From Eledone cirrhosa (Eukaryota), in contig OZ024740.1 of NCBI GenBank assembly GCA_964016885.1, positions 82,398,001 through 82,462,000 on the forward strand: 64,000 bases of DNA. The letters run 5' to 3'. The translations under genes were made by a program, and so were the position numbers. Positions 14,266 through 25,508 of this stretch are shown piece after piece; positions within the stretch are counted from its first letter, which is position 1; every line of letters begins with the position of its first letter. Below the pieces are notes generated by a model that saw only the letters and a program-made list of their open reading frames with translations, was not told the origin of the DNA and made no database searches.

Positions 14266-17200
14266 AGTCGGTCTTCCTTTCACCGTCGCGCCAACCTCCC
14301 CGCCAACAACTCGTCTTTGTGTTGGTCTCACATGCGTTTTCGTGAAAAGGCGAAACATTGTATTCAGCCCTGCTCTTTCGAGACCTCGGAAAACTAAAAT
14401 TGGTGAGTCTGGGCACGCCAGATCTCTCCCCCATTAATTCACCTTATCGTGCTTTTTTCATTAGAGACCGAGTTTCAAACAGATCATTCATGGTCGACAC
14501 AGGATCAAGTTGCAGTATTTGGCCCTTACGGGTCAACTCTACCAAGCCAACTCTTTCCGGCATTTCTTTGTAGGCAATAAACCAGTTTCCTATAAAAACA
14601 TATGGACAAATAGCTTTAACGTTGGACCTAGCATTAAGTCGAGATTTCAAATGGATTTTTGTCATTGCCGACCTAACTCCTCCTATTCTCGGTGCGGATT
14701 TCTTACAATACTTTTCACTTTTGGTAGATGTCAGGAACCAGAAACTTGTGGATAGTACCACATCCTTATCTACGCCTACTCGTAAATCTACCACTACAAC
14801 TGTCAGTCCGTCATTTTTTTGTGGCTGCCGCTGGAAACCAGTTCCTTGCACTCCTTACTTCGTTTCCCGAGTTAACGGATATTTCATTTAAACCTATTCA
14901 GGCAGCCCACTCGACTCAACACTTCGTTACAACAACTGGTCCACCTGTTTTTTCTCGTCCACGAAGGTTGGCTCCGGGTAGACTAAAAAATGCACGAAAC
15001 GAGTTCGAGCATATGCTCCAGCTCGGTCTTATACGACCGTCCACCAGCCCATGGGCATCTCCGCCTCACTTGGCTCGTAAGGGTGAAGCGGCTTTTAGGC
15101 CTGTGGGAGATTATCGACGACTTAATGCCATCACCACGCCGGACCGTTATCTTCTACCAAATTTACAGGATTTTTCATCCGTTCTGCATGAATGCAGGAT
15201 ATTTTCCAAAATAGATCTAATACGTGCATACCAGCAGATACCCACGAATCCAGAGGATATATCAAAAACAGCTGTTGCCACCCCCTGTGGTTCATTTGAA
15301 TTCCTGTCCTTGCCTTTTCGTTTGCGGAATGCTTCTAGTACGTTCCAGCGTTTTATCGATGAAGTCACGCGTGGATTGGATTCGGATGAACACCATCATC
15401 AACATCTATCTCAGTTATTTCAACGTCTCCAATCGTACCAAGTCAGAATCAACCCAGCTAAATGTGTGTTTGGTACAGATTCACTGGAATTCCTTGGACA
15501 TCTTATAGATTGAGAAGGCATACGACCTTTGCCATCTAAGGTAGAAGCGATTCAGGATATCGCACCATCCACCTCCCTGAAACAATTACGTAATTTCTTG
15601 GGATTAATTAATTTTTATCGTCGCTTCATTCCTAACTGTGCGGACAAGTTGTTCCCCTTGACACAGTTTTTAAGGGCTGCGAAAAAGAAAGATGCTCCTA
15701 TTTCACTCTCTGCCGATGCATTGCAGTCTTTTGAATCCCTCAAGTCTGAGATAGCTGAAGTTTCCTTACTCGCCCATCCTGTTGCAAACGCGAGACTTTC
15801 TTTATCTGTTGACGCATCCGATCATGCTGTTGGAGCAGTCTTGCAACATGCGATCGACCACCAGGTTCAACCACTGGCGTTTTTCCACGCCAACTAAACC
15901 CAGCAGGGCAACGTTACAGTACTTTAGCAGTTTATCTTGCTGTGAGACACTTCCACCATCTTCTTGAAGGTCGGGAGTTCACGGTATTCACAGATCATAA
16001 ACCACTCACATTTGCTCTTCAAACCAAGTCCGACAGATACTCTCCAAGGGGATACACACATTTGGATTTCATCTCCCAGTACACCAGTGACATTCGTCAT
16101 ATAGCTGGAGCTGCCAACATACCGCAGACGCATTATCTCGACTTTTTGTGTTTCTCTTGCGTCTCCTACACATATCGATTTAGTTGTCATTGCAACTGAC
16201 CAACCTACTTTGGATTCGCTGGACATTTCCTGTGACCAGTTCTCCTGCTTCAAATTGGAATATTTACCTCTTCCATCTTCTGAAGGAAAAATTCTCTGCT
16301 ATATTTCTTCTGGCTCACCCAGACCACTTGTTCCAGATTGCCATCAACGTACCGTTTTTGATGCATTTCATTCCTTGTCACATCCTGGCATAACTGCCGC
16401 GGTGAAGCTTATTACGGCTCGATTTTTCTGGCCTAATATGCGTCGTTTAATCACCGGTTGGGCTCGTTCTTCTTTGAAGTGTCAGCGCTCTAAGATTTAT
16501 CGGCATGTTCGCGCTCCTCTTGGGAAATTCAGCCCGCCAGACGCACGTTTCCGTCATATTCACATGGATATTGTGGGTCCATGGCCCGTTAGACGTGGGT
16601 TCACATACATATTGACTTGTATCGATCGTTTCTCTCGGTGGCCTTAGTGGAGATAACATCAGAGTCCGTTGCCCGAGCTTTCATTTCCAATTGGATTGCT
16701 CGCTTTGGTGTTCCTACTAAAATAACTACGGATCGTGGACGCCGATTTGAAGCTTCCTTATTTCGTGAAATATCACGACTCTTGGGTACTCATCACATTC
16801 ATACGACCAGCTATCATCCAGCCTCCAATGGAATGGTCGAGTGGTTTCATAGACAGTTGAAAGCTGCACTTCGCGCTACTCCTGATCCGCAACGTTGGAC
16901 CGAATTTTTGCCAATCGTGCTTCTTGGTTGTCGTTCTGCCATTAAGAAAGATTTAGGTTTTTCTTCTGCTGAACTTCTTTATGGTACCACAGTGTCTCTT
17001 CCTGGACACATGTTAGTACCAGTGGATTCATCACATCTTGACCCAGCATCATCTGTCACCAGGATTCGTTTGTATTTCTCAGATCTTCCACCAATGGACC
17101 CTCGTGACCAATCTATTTCTTCTGCTGTACCATCGGACATCTCTACGTGGACACACATTTTCATACGAAATAATTCCGTCAAGGGACTTCTTACGTCACC

Positions 17201-17810
17201 CTACAATGGACCTTTTCGTGTGCTTTCGCACACACCAAAACACTGTACAATGGCTGTCAATGGTCGAAAAGAGGTAATATCCGTTGACAGAGCAAAGAAG
17301 GCTTTCTCTGAAAGTCTCAGATCATTGCCTGACATACCTCGCACATACACTCCCACAGAAACACCTTCACCTCCACCGCAAACACCACATACCACACAAC
17401 CATATGTCACACGAAGTGGCAGGACAGTAATATGGCCACGGAAACTCTCAAAAGCAATATTCGTCTAACCCTAGTAGCATTAACTATTTGACTTTGAACA
17501 ATTTTGAACTTATTTTGAGCACTATTTTCCTTGGTCCCTTGTACTCTTTTGAATTGTATTGTTCCAGTTACATTTTTCTGCATGTTTATTTTCATACTTT
17601 GTGTCTGTTACAAACCATTGTAATTTATGTACCTTTTGTTTTTCTTGCTCCTTTTTCTACGGCTCCTCGCTACAATGACCTTACGGTTATTATCAACTAT
17701 CGCCTGGAGGGGAGCTTTGTAGCGACTAGCGCCACCTTGCTCGGAGAGAAAAAAATAATTGGAGTTACTTCCCGTTGAATTCTAGAAGATTCCTTGAACT
17801 TCCAGTCTAG
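14266..17810 (+). mobile_element. Ty3/gypsy LTR retrotransposon, dead (gag end, PR, RT, RNase H, IN, PPT, LTR start)
   Basis: Gag LCWSHMRF..C..PCSF, protease FMVDTGS, RT SPWASP..DYRRLN..FSKIDL, RNase H VDASDHAVGAVL and FTDHKPL, integrase HMDIVGP / TTDRG / YHPASNG. Purine tract at about 17706-17714, then TGTAGCG. Confidence 0.92.
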
Positions 17811-17820
17811 GGATTATACA

Positions 17821-19300
17821 CCCGCGTTCCTTTCCCTCTAAACGACCAGCCCATCACCCTACCACTTTGGTGACATATCCTCCGTTCCTTCCGTAACCTC
17901 TCTTCTGACCCCGTCACTTCTCGCTTTTTTCCAAAGCCACCCATTACTCCTTTTAAGCGAGCCCACAAACTCCGCGACCTCCTGGTTCGCAGTTCCTTCT
18001 CATCCTCTCCCACGACTCTACGCTGCTCTCATCCTTGTTCTCGTCCCCGCTGCAACACTTGTCCCTTCATTTCCACCCTCACCACTTTTACAGAGCCTAA
18101 CTGGGCTTTCCGTATCCGCAATCTTTCACGTGAAAATCCACCTATGTTGTCTATGCCCTTCGGTGTTCCATTTGCGGGTCTTTATACATCGGACAAACCA
18201 GACGCCGTATGACGGACCGTTTTTCTCAGCATTTGAGAGACATACGACTCTGTTTGGACACTCCTGTCGCCCGTCATTTCTGTTCTCCTGGTTATTCTTC
18301 CCAACATGTTTCACTCCTGGGTGTTCTTTTAATCATGGATCACAGGCTTCGCGCACCTGGACTGAACACAATCTGATTCCCGCCTTGGGTCCTATGGCCC
18401 TCTTGGACTCAACTCACCACCCCAATTTCTTTAATACCCCTTCCATTATCACACACGCTTGTACATTCAGCTCTGTATTCCTATCGCTCCCTTTTGATCA
18501 TTAACATACAACTAATATAGGCAGACTATATATGCTAACTCAACTTTTCCCTTCACAGCTCTAGTATACATACATACACACTCTTATATCAATCATACTA
18601 TTGCTCATAGCTTCGTACTTACATGCACACACACTCTTTAACTTACATATACAATCACATTTCTTCTTAGCCTCGTACGGACGTATAATAACACACACAC
18701 AGGCTTACGTACGTGCACAAGTATAGTTCTGTAGCGACTATGCCACTTTGTCCGGGGAGAAAAAACTAATTGGAGTTACTTCCCGTTGAATTCTAGAAGA
18801 TTCCTTGAACTTCCGGTCTAGTTATTATAAAGGTGGGAGAGAAAAGAGACATCTTAGCTTATTTGGCGACCGGCTCTCAGACAGTTCACTCACGAGCGAG
18901 TTTGTTAACCTTATTATATCTCTATCGAATTTAATTAGTGGTTGGCCTGCAGTGGCGTTTACCAAAGTAAATAACCCTGTGACCAATTCACTAAAGTTCA
19001 TTTTACAAAACGGTTTTTTTCCATTTCAAGTATCTAAAATATAAATCATACACAAAACGCCAGCACCAACAGTTTTGCAAGTGATGTCAACATGAATGGA
19101 CCTGTAATTTTTAACTAAAGACTTTTTTTCCAATTCAAACCCGCCCGTTCCCTCAGTTTATCTTATTTTTTATTGTTTCTTATGATGAAGGACTAACGTC
19201 CGAAATCTTAAGACCCTCTTCCTGCTATATCAAGCGTTAACCTCATATATCCCTTCCATATACTGTACCGATTTTGTTCTTATTTCTGTTTACCATTTAT
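17821..19300 (+). mobile_element. Duplicated 3' part of the Neptune-like PLE plus 3' UTR, with a second gypsy LTR piece
   Basis: 17821-18339 is a diverged copy of 13746-14265. 18730-18821 repeats the LTR start at 17718-17810. Confidence 0.75.
19178..19213 (+). ncRNA. Degenerate minimal hammerhead motif
   Basis: TCTT-ATGATGA-A-GGAC-TAAC-GTCC-GAAA-TCT-TA-AGA. C3 is mutated and helices I and III are marginal. Confidence 0.5.
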
Positions 19301-19546
19301 ACACACACATGCCCCCCCCCCCGCACACACACATACAGACACACAGACAGACAGACAGACAGACACATATATATATATATACATATATGATTTTAGGTTC
19401 CGGAATATTAGCACATAAGAAAGAACAACAACAACAAAAAAGAACAAAGTTTACCAGGTAAATTAATTTTTCATTATCTCATCTTACAGTCTATTTTACA
19501 TTGCAGAGCCTTCTATCTCTTTCCACATTATATATCATATACAATG

Positions 19547-19589
<43 letters not shown>

Positions 19590-19630
19590 CGAAACATAAG
19601 TCAATTGCATGAACTTATAATTCTTTATTT

Positions 19631-19688
19631 ACTGCTATATATATATTTCGATGGTAGCCATTGAATGGCTATGACCTCATCAGGCAGT
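19631..19688 (-). ncRNA. Minimal type I hammerhead ribozyme with canonical core
   Basis: Minus strand reads ACTGC-CTGATGA-G..TAGCCATT-C-AATGGCTA..C-GAAA-TATATATA-TA-GCAGT. Helix I is a perfect 5 bp and helix III is palindromic. Confidence 0.85.
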
Positions 19689-19836
19689 TAGTCAGTTCTT
19701 AGATATGCCATCTGTGTTTTTGGTGTTGATGGTTTTAGAGACTTGGGACATATGAGCTTGTTAGGGATAATTTAGTGTTGTCAGCATATATATATATATA
19801 TAGTTGTCTATATATATATATATAGGAAAAGGTATG

Positions 19837-19933
19837 ACCCCGACGGCAGAGCTCAAGACGTTTCGACGGCTATTTCTGAACTAAATTAGAAATTTTAGGC
19901 TGGTGAATAAATAGCCGAACTTGTCAAGGGCGT
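19837..19933 (-). ncRNA. Hammerhead ribozyme, U3-A8 variant
   Basis: Minus strand reads CCC-TTGACAA-GTTCGGCTATTT..AAATAGCCGTC-GAAA-CGTC..GCCG-TC-GGGG. Confidence 0.8.
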
Positions 19934-22002
19934 ACTTCCTTATATTGGAAGATTGTAGTTGTCAAGAGGATTGGTTAAAATTTGTTGTAAACACAAATAA
20001 GTCTATCATAGCATTTGGTGGGAGGTAGGGGTGGCTGAACTTGCCTGTAGAACAATTGGGAGAGTGTGTGGAGCGGTAAAACGTTGAAAGTAATATGTAT
20101 ACAGCAGAATCTAAGGATAGTGTATGAAGTGGAGGAGGGAGGTTATAGAATAGGTAAATCGAATGAGAGTAGGAGACAATAAAAGATACTAGAAAGAAAT
20201 AAAAAATATATAAAATTAGATAGTGAGAAATGAATAAAAAAAAATCACAATGCTATCTTACAATTACAGGTTAATAAGTTGAGAATAGAAACAACTTGTA
20301 GAAATTACAAAACCGATACAAAATTAAAGAGGTTTAACACATCTACTATAACTAGTTAGTGAAACGTATTCGGCCAATTCTATCTTAAAATTACAGGGGT
20401 GGGAGAACTGATGCTACAGAGGCCTGATGGGCTGCATTGGGGTAGGGGAAAGAGGAAAAGCAGGCGAAGAAGAAAATAGGGGGTGGAAGGAAGTGATAGG
20501 ATGAGAGGGGGAAGAAGAACATAAAAAGGAAAAGAAAAGAGATGCAACTATGTAAGCTGGGGTTTCCCTTAACTTATTCGGCAAGTGGTGGGGTCTACCC
20601 ACCCGGGTCGTTATGGGGATTGAGGGCGAGGTAAGTCCTACGCAATCGGTGTTTGCATGCGGTTAACAGTTGGTCTTTCTTGTTTAGGAGTTGGTCCTTC
20701 GAAAACAGCATTTGTAAGGTTTCCTCCAAGCATAAGTTACACGGACGACGTCCACCCGTGTAGGAGTTAGCTCTGGACAGTAAGCTCTAAGTGAGATTGT
20801 AGGTTATATTATTATCTTGGAGGTCCCAGACGTGGCCTGAAAGTGTAGTGGCATATCGCCGCACCGGGTTTCGGAAAGTATGTCGGTGTTGGTAGAGCCA
20901 GGTCTTGAAGTCACACGCGGTTAATCCTATATAAGCTTTGTTGGAGGTGTCCGTGCTCACGTTGCACTGGTAGATTACGTTACGTTCTCGGCATTTTTGT
21001 TGAGGGGTCATGCAGATCTATCAGGGCAGTTACACCTCCTGGTCGGCTCTCCACTGATGTCTAGGTTATTTCTTCCATAGGGGTTGAGCTTTTTGTTGTT
21101 TGAGGAGACGATGTTTCATGCGAAGTTAGGTGTGGTGCTATAGAAGAGTTTGATGGTGTTTTTGATGAGATGATTATGTTGTGGTAGCGGTGTTGTAGTG
21201 GGAAGTGTTTTTCGAGGAGTCTAAATAAGATTTTCACGATAGGTGTTGCCACCTCGGCATTATGGGGAGGATTGAACCACGTTACGTTGCGTGAGCGGCG
21301 GTGTCGCCTGCTGATTCCGCTAAGGGAAGCTGGATAAAAGGATATTTCCTCCCGGAAGCCACTCCGCTTGAGGGCCTGGTTGTAATGAGGCGCTTGTTCG
21401 TCGAATATCTGCACATTAGCGGGCAAACGAGATATGCGGAGGGAGATGTTTTTAACCAGGTTATTGGTGATGTTTCTATGATGGTTAGAGCGGCGGTAGA
21501 TGTAGTGCAGATTGTCGTTTGGTTTCCTGTATGGGTAGTACAGATCATTTTCGAGGTTAAGTGTAACGTGCAGGAAATTGACTCGGGTTAGGGACGTTTG
21601 TAGGGTGATTTTAAATCCCCAGTCCCGGAAGAAGTTGATTAGGTGTTTACGGACCCGGTCTGTACTACTGGTCTTGTACCCTTTGATTGAGATGAGCCAT
21701 CATCCCGGTACAATCCACCGCCGAATGCAGGCAACATTTCTGTGAGTTTAAATAGTAGGAATAATCCTATAAGATCTGTGACCTCGGTCGAATCCGTCGC
21801 GCCCATACTGTCGTCGAAAGGGGGGGGGGGCGGTCGGAAGCTCTCTTTATCCACTTGGAGTTGTTCAAAAGTAGGACTGTCTTCCTGGCGTGGAGAATGA
21901 TATTTCTTTCCTGGTCAGTGATGGGTGTGATAGACTTATTTGTGCTTACAACACATTTTTACCAATCCTCTTGACAACTACAATCTTCCAATATAAGGAA
22001 GT

Positions 22003-22099
22003 ACCGCCTTGACAAGTTCGGCTATTTATTCACCAGGCTAAAAATTCTAATTTAGTCCAGAAATAGCCGTCGAAACTGCTTGAGCTCTGCCGTCGGGGT
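22003..22099 (+). ncRNA. Hammerhead ribozyme, U3-A8 variant (inverted pLTR copy)
   Basis: TTGACAA at 22009-22015, GAAA at 22072-22075, GTC at 22092-22094. Confidence 0.78.
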
Positions 22100-22190
22100 C
22101 ATACTTTTTCCTATTTCTCACTCTACTACCCTAAGTATTGAGTACTCTGGTGCGTTATGGTCCATCTGGTTCCTTACCACAATTCCTTTG

Positions 22191-22243
<53 letters not shown>

Positions 22244-22834
22244 TAAAAAAGAGGGAGAGTGTGTTAAAAACAGAGAGGTAGACGGAGAGAGAGTGAGAGA
22301 ACACACCTTCTTCCCTTACATGCTAACATGGATTTTCTTCTTTTTTATTCCCACAAAACAACGGCTTTCCTAAATCCATGTCTTCTGGCGAGAATCTAGC
22401 TTATGTCATTTACCAGTGTATCGTTTTCATCTTATATCTGAATGACAATATCGTTGAACCTGAAATTATACAAAACTTCGAATTTTGTGACCTAAATCTG
22501 CTGTCAAATTTGCTCACGTGTCAGGTCCCATCGTATCTTATATTTTGGAGGCCGCTTCCTGATTGTTGTTACAATGCTAGTAGATTTCAAATTAAATGAT
22601 ATTCAATATGTTCATCACTGCGAAGGTGTTGATTAGGGAGCAGCTGCATGCTGACAACGCGTGAATTGTTGCACACTCAGAAATAGACATGCATTACCTA
22701 CTAAAATAATTTTCTGAAGAACGTGACACTTTACGATTCATTATAAGCTTAAATAATTACTTCTACCTCTGGCACAAGGCTAGCAATTATCCCAGTGCAT
22801 TACTGGTGCTATATGTGTGTGTGTGTATGCTTGT

Positions 22835-24330
22835 GTACAAATAAATGCCTCTCTAGTAACATTGTCTACAAATGTAAGGTTGTAACACCCACGTCCTGTA
22901 GGGCCTACATAGGGTTAACCGCCAATAGTTTCAAGCAGCGTCTTTACATGCATAGCCATTCTTTTCGTTACCCTCTAAGAAGGAATATGACGTCACTTTC
23001 AGCTCATATCTGGAGTCTAAAAGACAACCACACCCAATATAAGTTACACTGGGAGATCCTAGCTAGGGCTAGATCGTATGACGGAAATAAAGACCATGTG
23101 ACCTCTGCACCGCTGAGGCCCTGGAAATATTCTACGCCCACAGACCACATCTTAAACAAAAAATCTGAGGCAATTTCGGCTTGTAAACATAAATTGCACA
23201 ACACTTTCCTGTATTACAGCCCCAGGTTATACCCTAACGGATAGCACGATCTATACGTGGATATTTTACGTCTTGATGTGGGAGCTAAGTATATGTTTTG
23301 TTTATTCCTTTACTTATTTGCATAGGTAAGTATATATTACCCATATGTTTTGTGAAGGTATGTATATCTTCTCGTACGTATATTTGACTGTTATGGCGTA
23401 TCATTTTTACATATTCTGGTATTTAGGGTTTGGCTATGTGTATACGGGAGTTTTGCGTCCGAGTGAGTATGCAGGTTCGTACGTATGGTGGGTGTGTGTA
23501 TATGTGTACTTCTTGTTTTAGTTGACTTACGTCTCCGAACATTCGTGTATTTATATGTAGGTATGTGTGTGCGCTTGTTATATACGTATTTATTTACTTA
23601 TATACGTTTATATAATTATTTATTTATTTGTACACAAGCATACACTCACACACATATTTACATGTGCGTGGTTTTGTATACCTATGGTAAGGTTTTGCGT
23701 ATGCTTGTGTATGTACGTATCTGTTCGCGTGTATGTATTTATTTGTTTCTATTACTTCTGTATCGTATTTATTTACTTTGTTATTAACTCTGTAGCGGAG
23801 ATTCATTTGGTCTCCTAGTTAGAATTTTAGTCTACGACTTCTGCTATACCATTTACGTGGTTTTGTCTTTGCGTTCTTTTGTTCTCACGCTCCACATATG
23901 ACTTATTATCTTCGTTTTTTCGTTCATTGCCAGAGAACGTCTATATGCACCACCTAAGAGAACATTAGTCTACGACCTCTTTTATACCATAAACGTGGTT
24001 TTGTCTTTGCGCGTATTTGTTTTTCACCGCTCCTATTAATGACGTATTATTCGTTTTTTCGCGTTCTTTGCCACCGAACGTTACCACGAACCAAAGTATC
24101 GTCTTCCTGTCTTCCTCCGGGTGCAACGTTTTTTGAAATATCAAGTTCTGCGTTTACAGATTGACTTTGTTAGTTTCAGAAGATCCCGTTAAGGGTGAAA
24201 GCAGCGATTCTTTGCTTAAACTTTAATCTGTTATTTTAATAAATATTTGCTCTACGGTTCTTATATATTTGATATATATTTTCCTTATCGAGCCCTCTTT
24301 GGATTTTAGTCTTCAATTTTATTATTATTA
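22835..24330 (+). mobile_element. PLE 3' remnant (GIY-YIG plus long 3' UTR)
   Basis: NKCLSSNIVYKCKV..AYIGLTANSFKQRLYMH..TSLSAHIW..LNKKSE (ORF 22795-23244). Ends at (TA)n near 24331. Confidence 0.85.
24172..24222 (+). ncRNA. Hammerhead motif with U4>A change
   Basis: AGTTT-CAGAAGA-TCCC..GGGT-GAAA-GCA..TGC-TT-AAACT. Helices I and III pair perfectly. Confidence 0.65.
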
Positions 24331-24331
24331 A

Positions 24332-24431
<100 letters not shown>

Positions 24432-24539
24432 ATATACCTTACTGGACTGGTAATTCGGTAATACATAATATCAATCTTTCTTATTTATAATTGTATATTG
24501 ATTACATATATAATTATATATATTCTTATTATTATCATT

Positions 24540-25476
24540 GTTTGAGTCTCAGTCATTGATGTTAGTTAACTGGAAAGTTTGTTGAAATGTATATCAAGCC
24601 GCTACCTGCAGCCTCAGATATTCAGGACGTATCGGAGGGTTCTTGACGTTCCCAGCAAGCATGTCTTTTGAAGTGTTCCAAAAAGCGGGGCTGGACTAAT
24701 TTTCTTTAACCATCCTTGGAAACTCTTTGAGATAGTACCTAGTGCGCTTATGACAATCGGGACCACTTTGACTTCATGGCAGTTCCAAATCCTTTTTACC
24801 TCCCATTTTAAGTCCTGGTATCGGTTAATTTTCTCCCTCTACTTTTCTTGCACTCTCGTGTCAAATGGGCAGGATACATCTACAATCAGGCACGATCTTT
24901 TTTCCTTGTCCAAAACCAACCAGGTCAGGCCTATTGTGTTCCAGTTTCTTGTCCGTCTGTATCCTAAAATCCCATAGAACCTTCATCTGATCGTTTTCTA
25001 TCACCGACTCTGGCTTATGCTCATACCACTTCTCAGAATGTGGTAAATTGCTTACTTTGCATGGGTGCCAGTGGATCACCCTGCCCATCACATCATGTCT
25101 CCAGCCTTTATACTGAGTCTGGGCTAGGTGATTTTACTCGGATTCAAAGTGAGCCACAGTCTCCTCTCTCCCTCCACAGATCCTACACTGTGGGCTAGCC
25201 TCCTCCTTGTAAATATGGTGTTTCACCCACTTCGTTCTGAGGGCCTGCTCATGCGCAGCCTTTAGCATTCCTTCTATAGCCTTTCTAAGGTCTCCTCTTT
25301 TTAACCAGTTCCATGTCTGTGGATCTCTAAATTCAGTTTTCTTAAAGAAAGTACTATGAAGGGACTTTCATGAAGATTGCTCTTGCTCCTTGTTGTTATT
25401 TCCTCCTTGGACATCCCCTGGTCTATTTTCCTCTCCTTCAGTACAATTCTGAGCATTGGCTCCCTGCTGTCAGTCA
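24540..25476 (-). mobile_element. R4/Dong-like non-LTR element, 3' fragment (zinc knuckle and restriction-like endonuclease)
   Basis: [34 protein letters not shown], ending RYVLNI*. Flanked by ATT-type repeats. Confidence 0.88.
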
Positions 25477-25508
25477 CGTATTTGTTTATTATTATTGTTA
25501 TTATTATT

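Larger units (their letters stand above)
19823..22192 (-). mobile_element. 5'-truncated PLE (family of 5288-8412) with inverted pLTR at its 5' end
   Basis: RT GGGLYRDDG (21639-21854) and GIY-YIG NVIYQC..AYIGLT (20787-21011) on the minus strand. About 21950-22113 is an inverted copy of 19823-19990 and extends into a tail to 22192. (TA)n lies on both sides. Confidence 0.9.
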
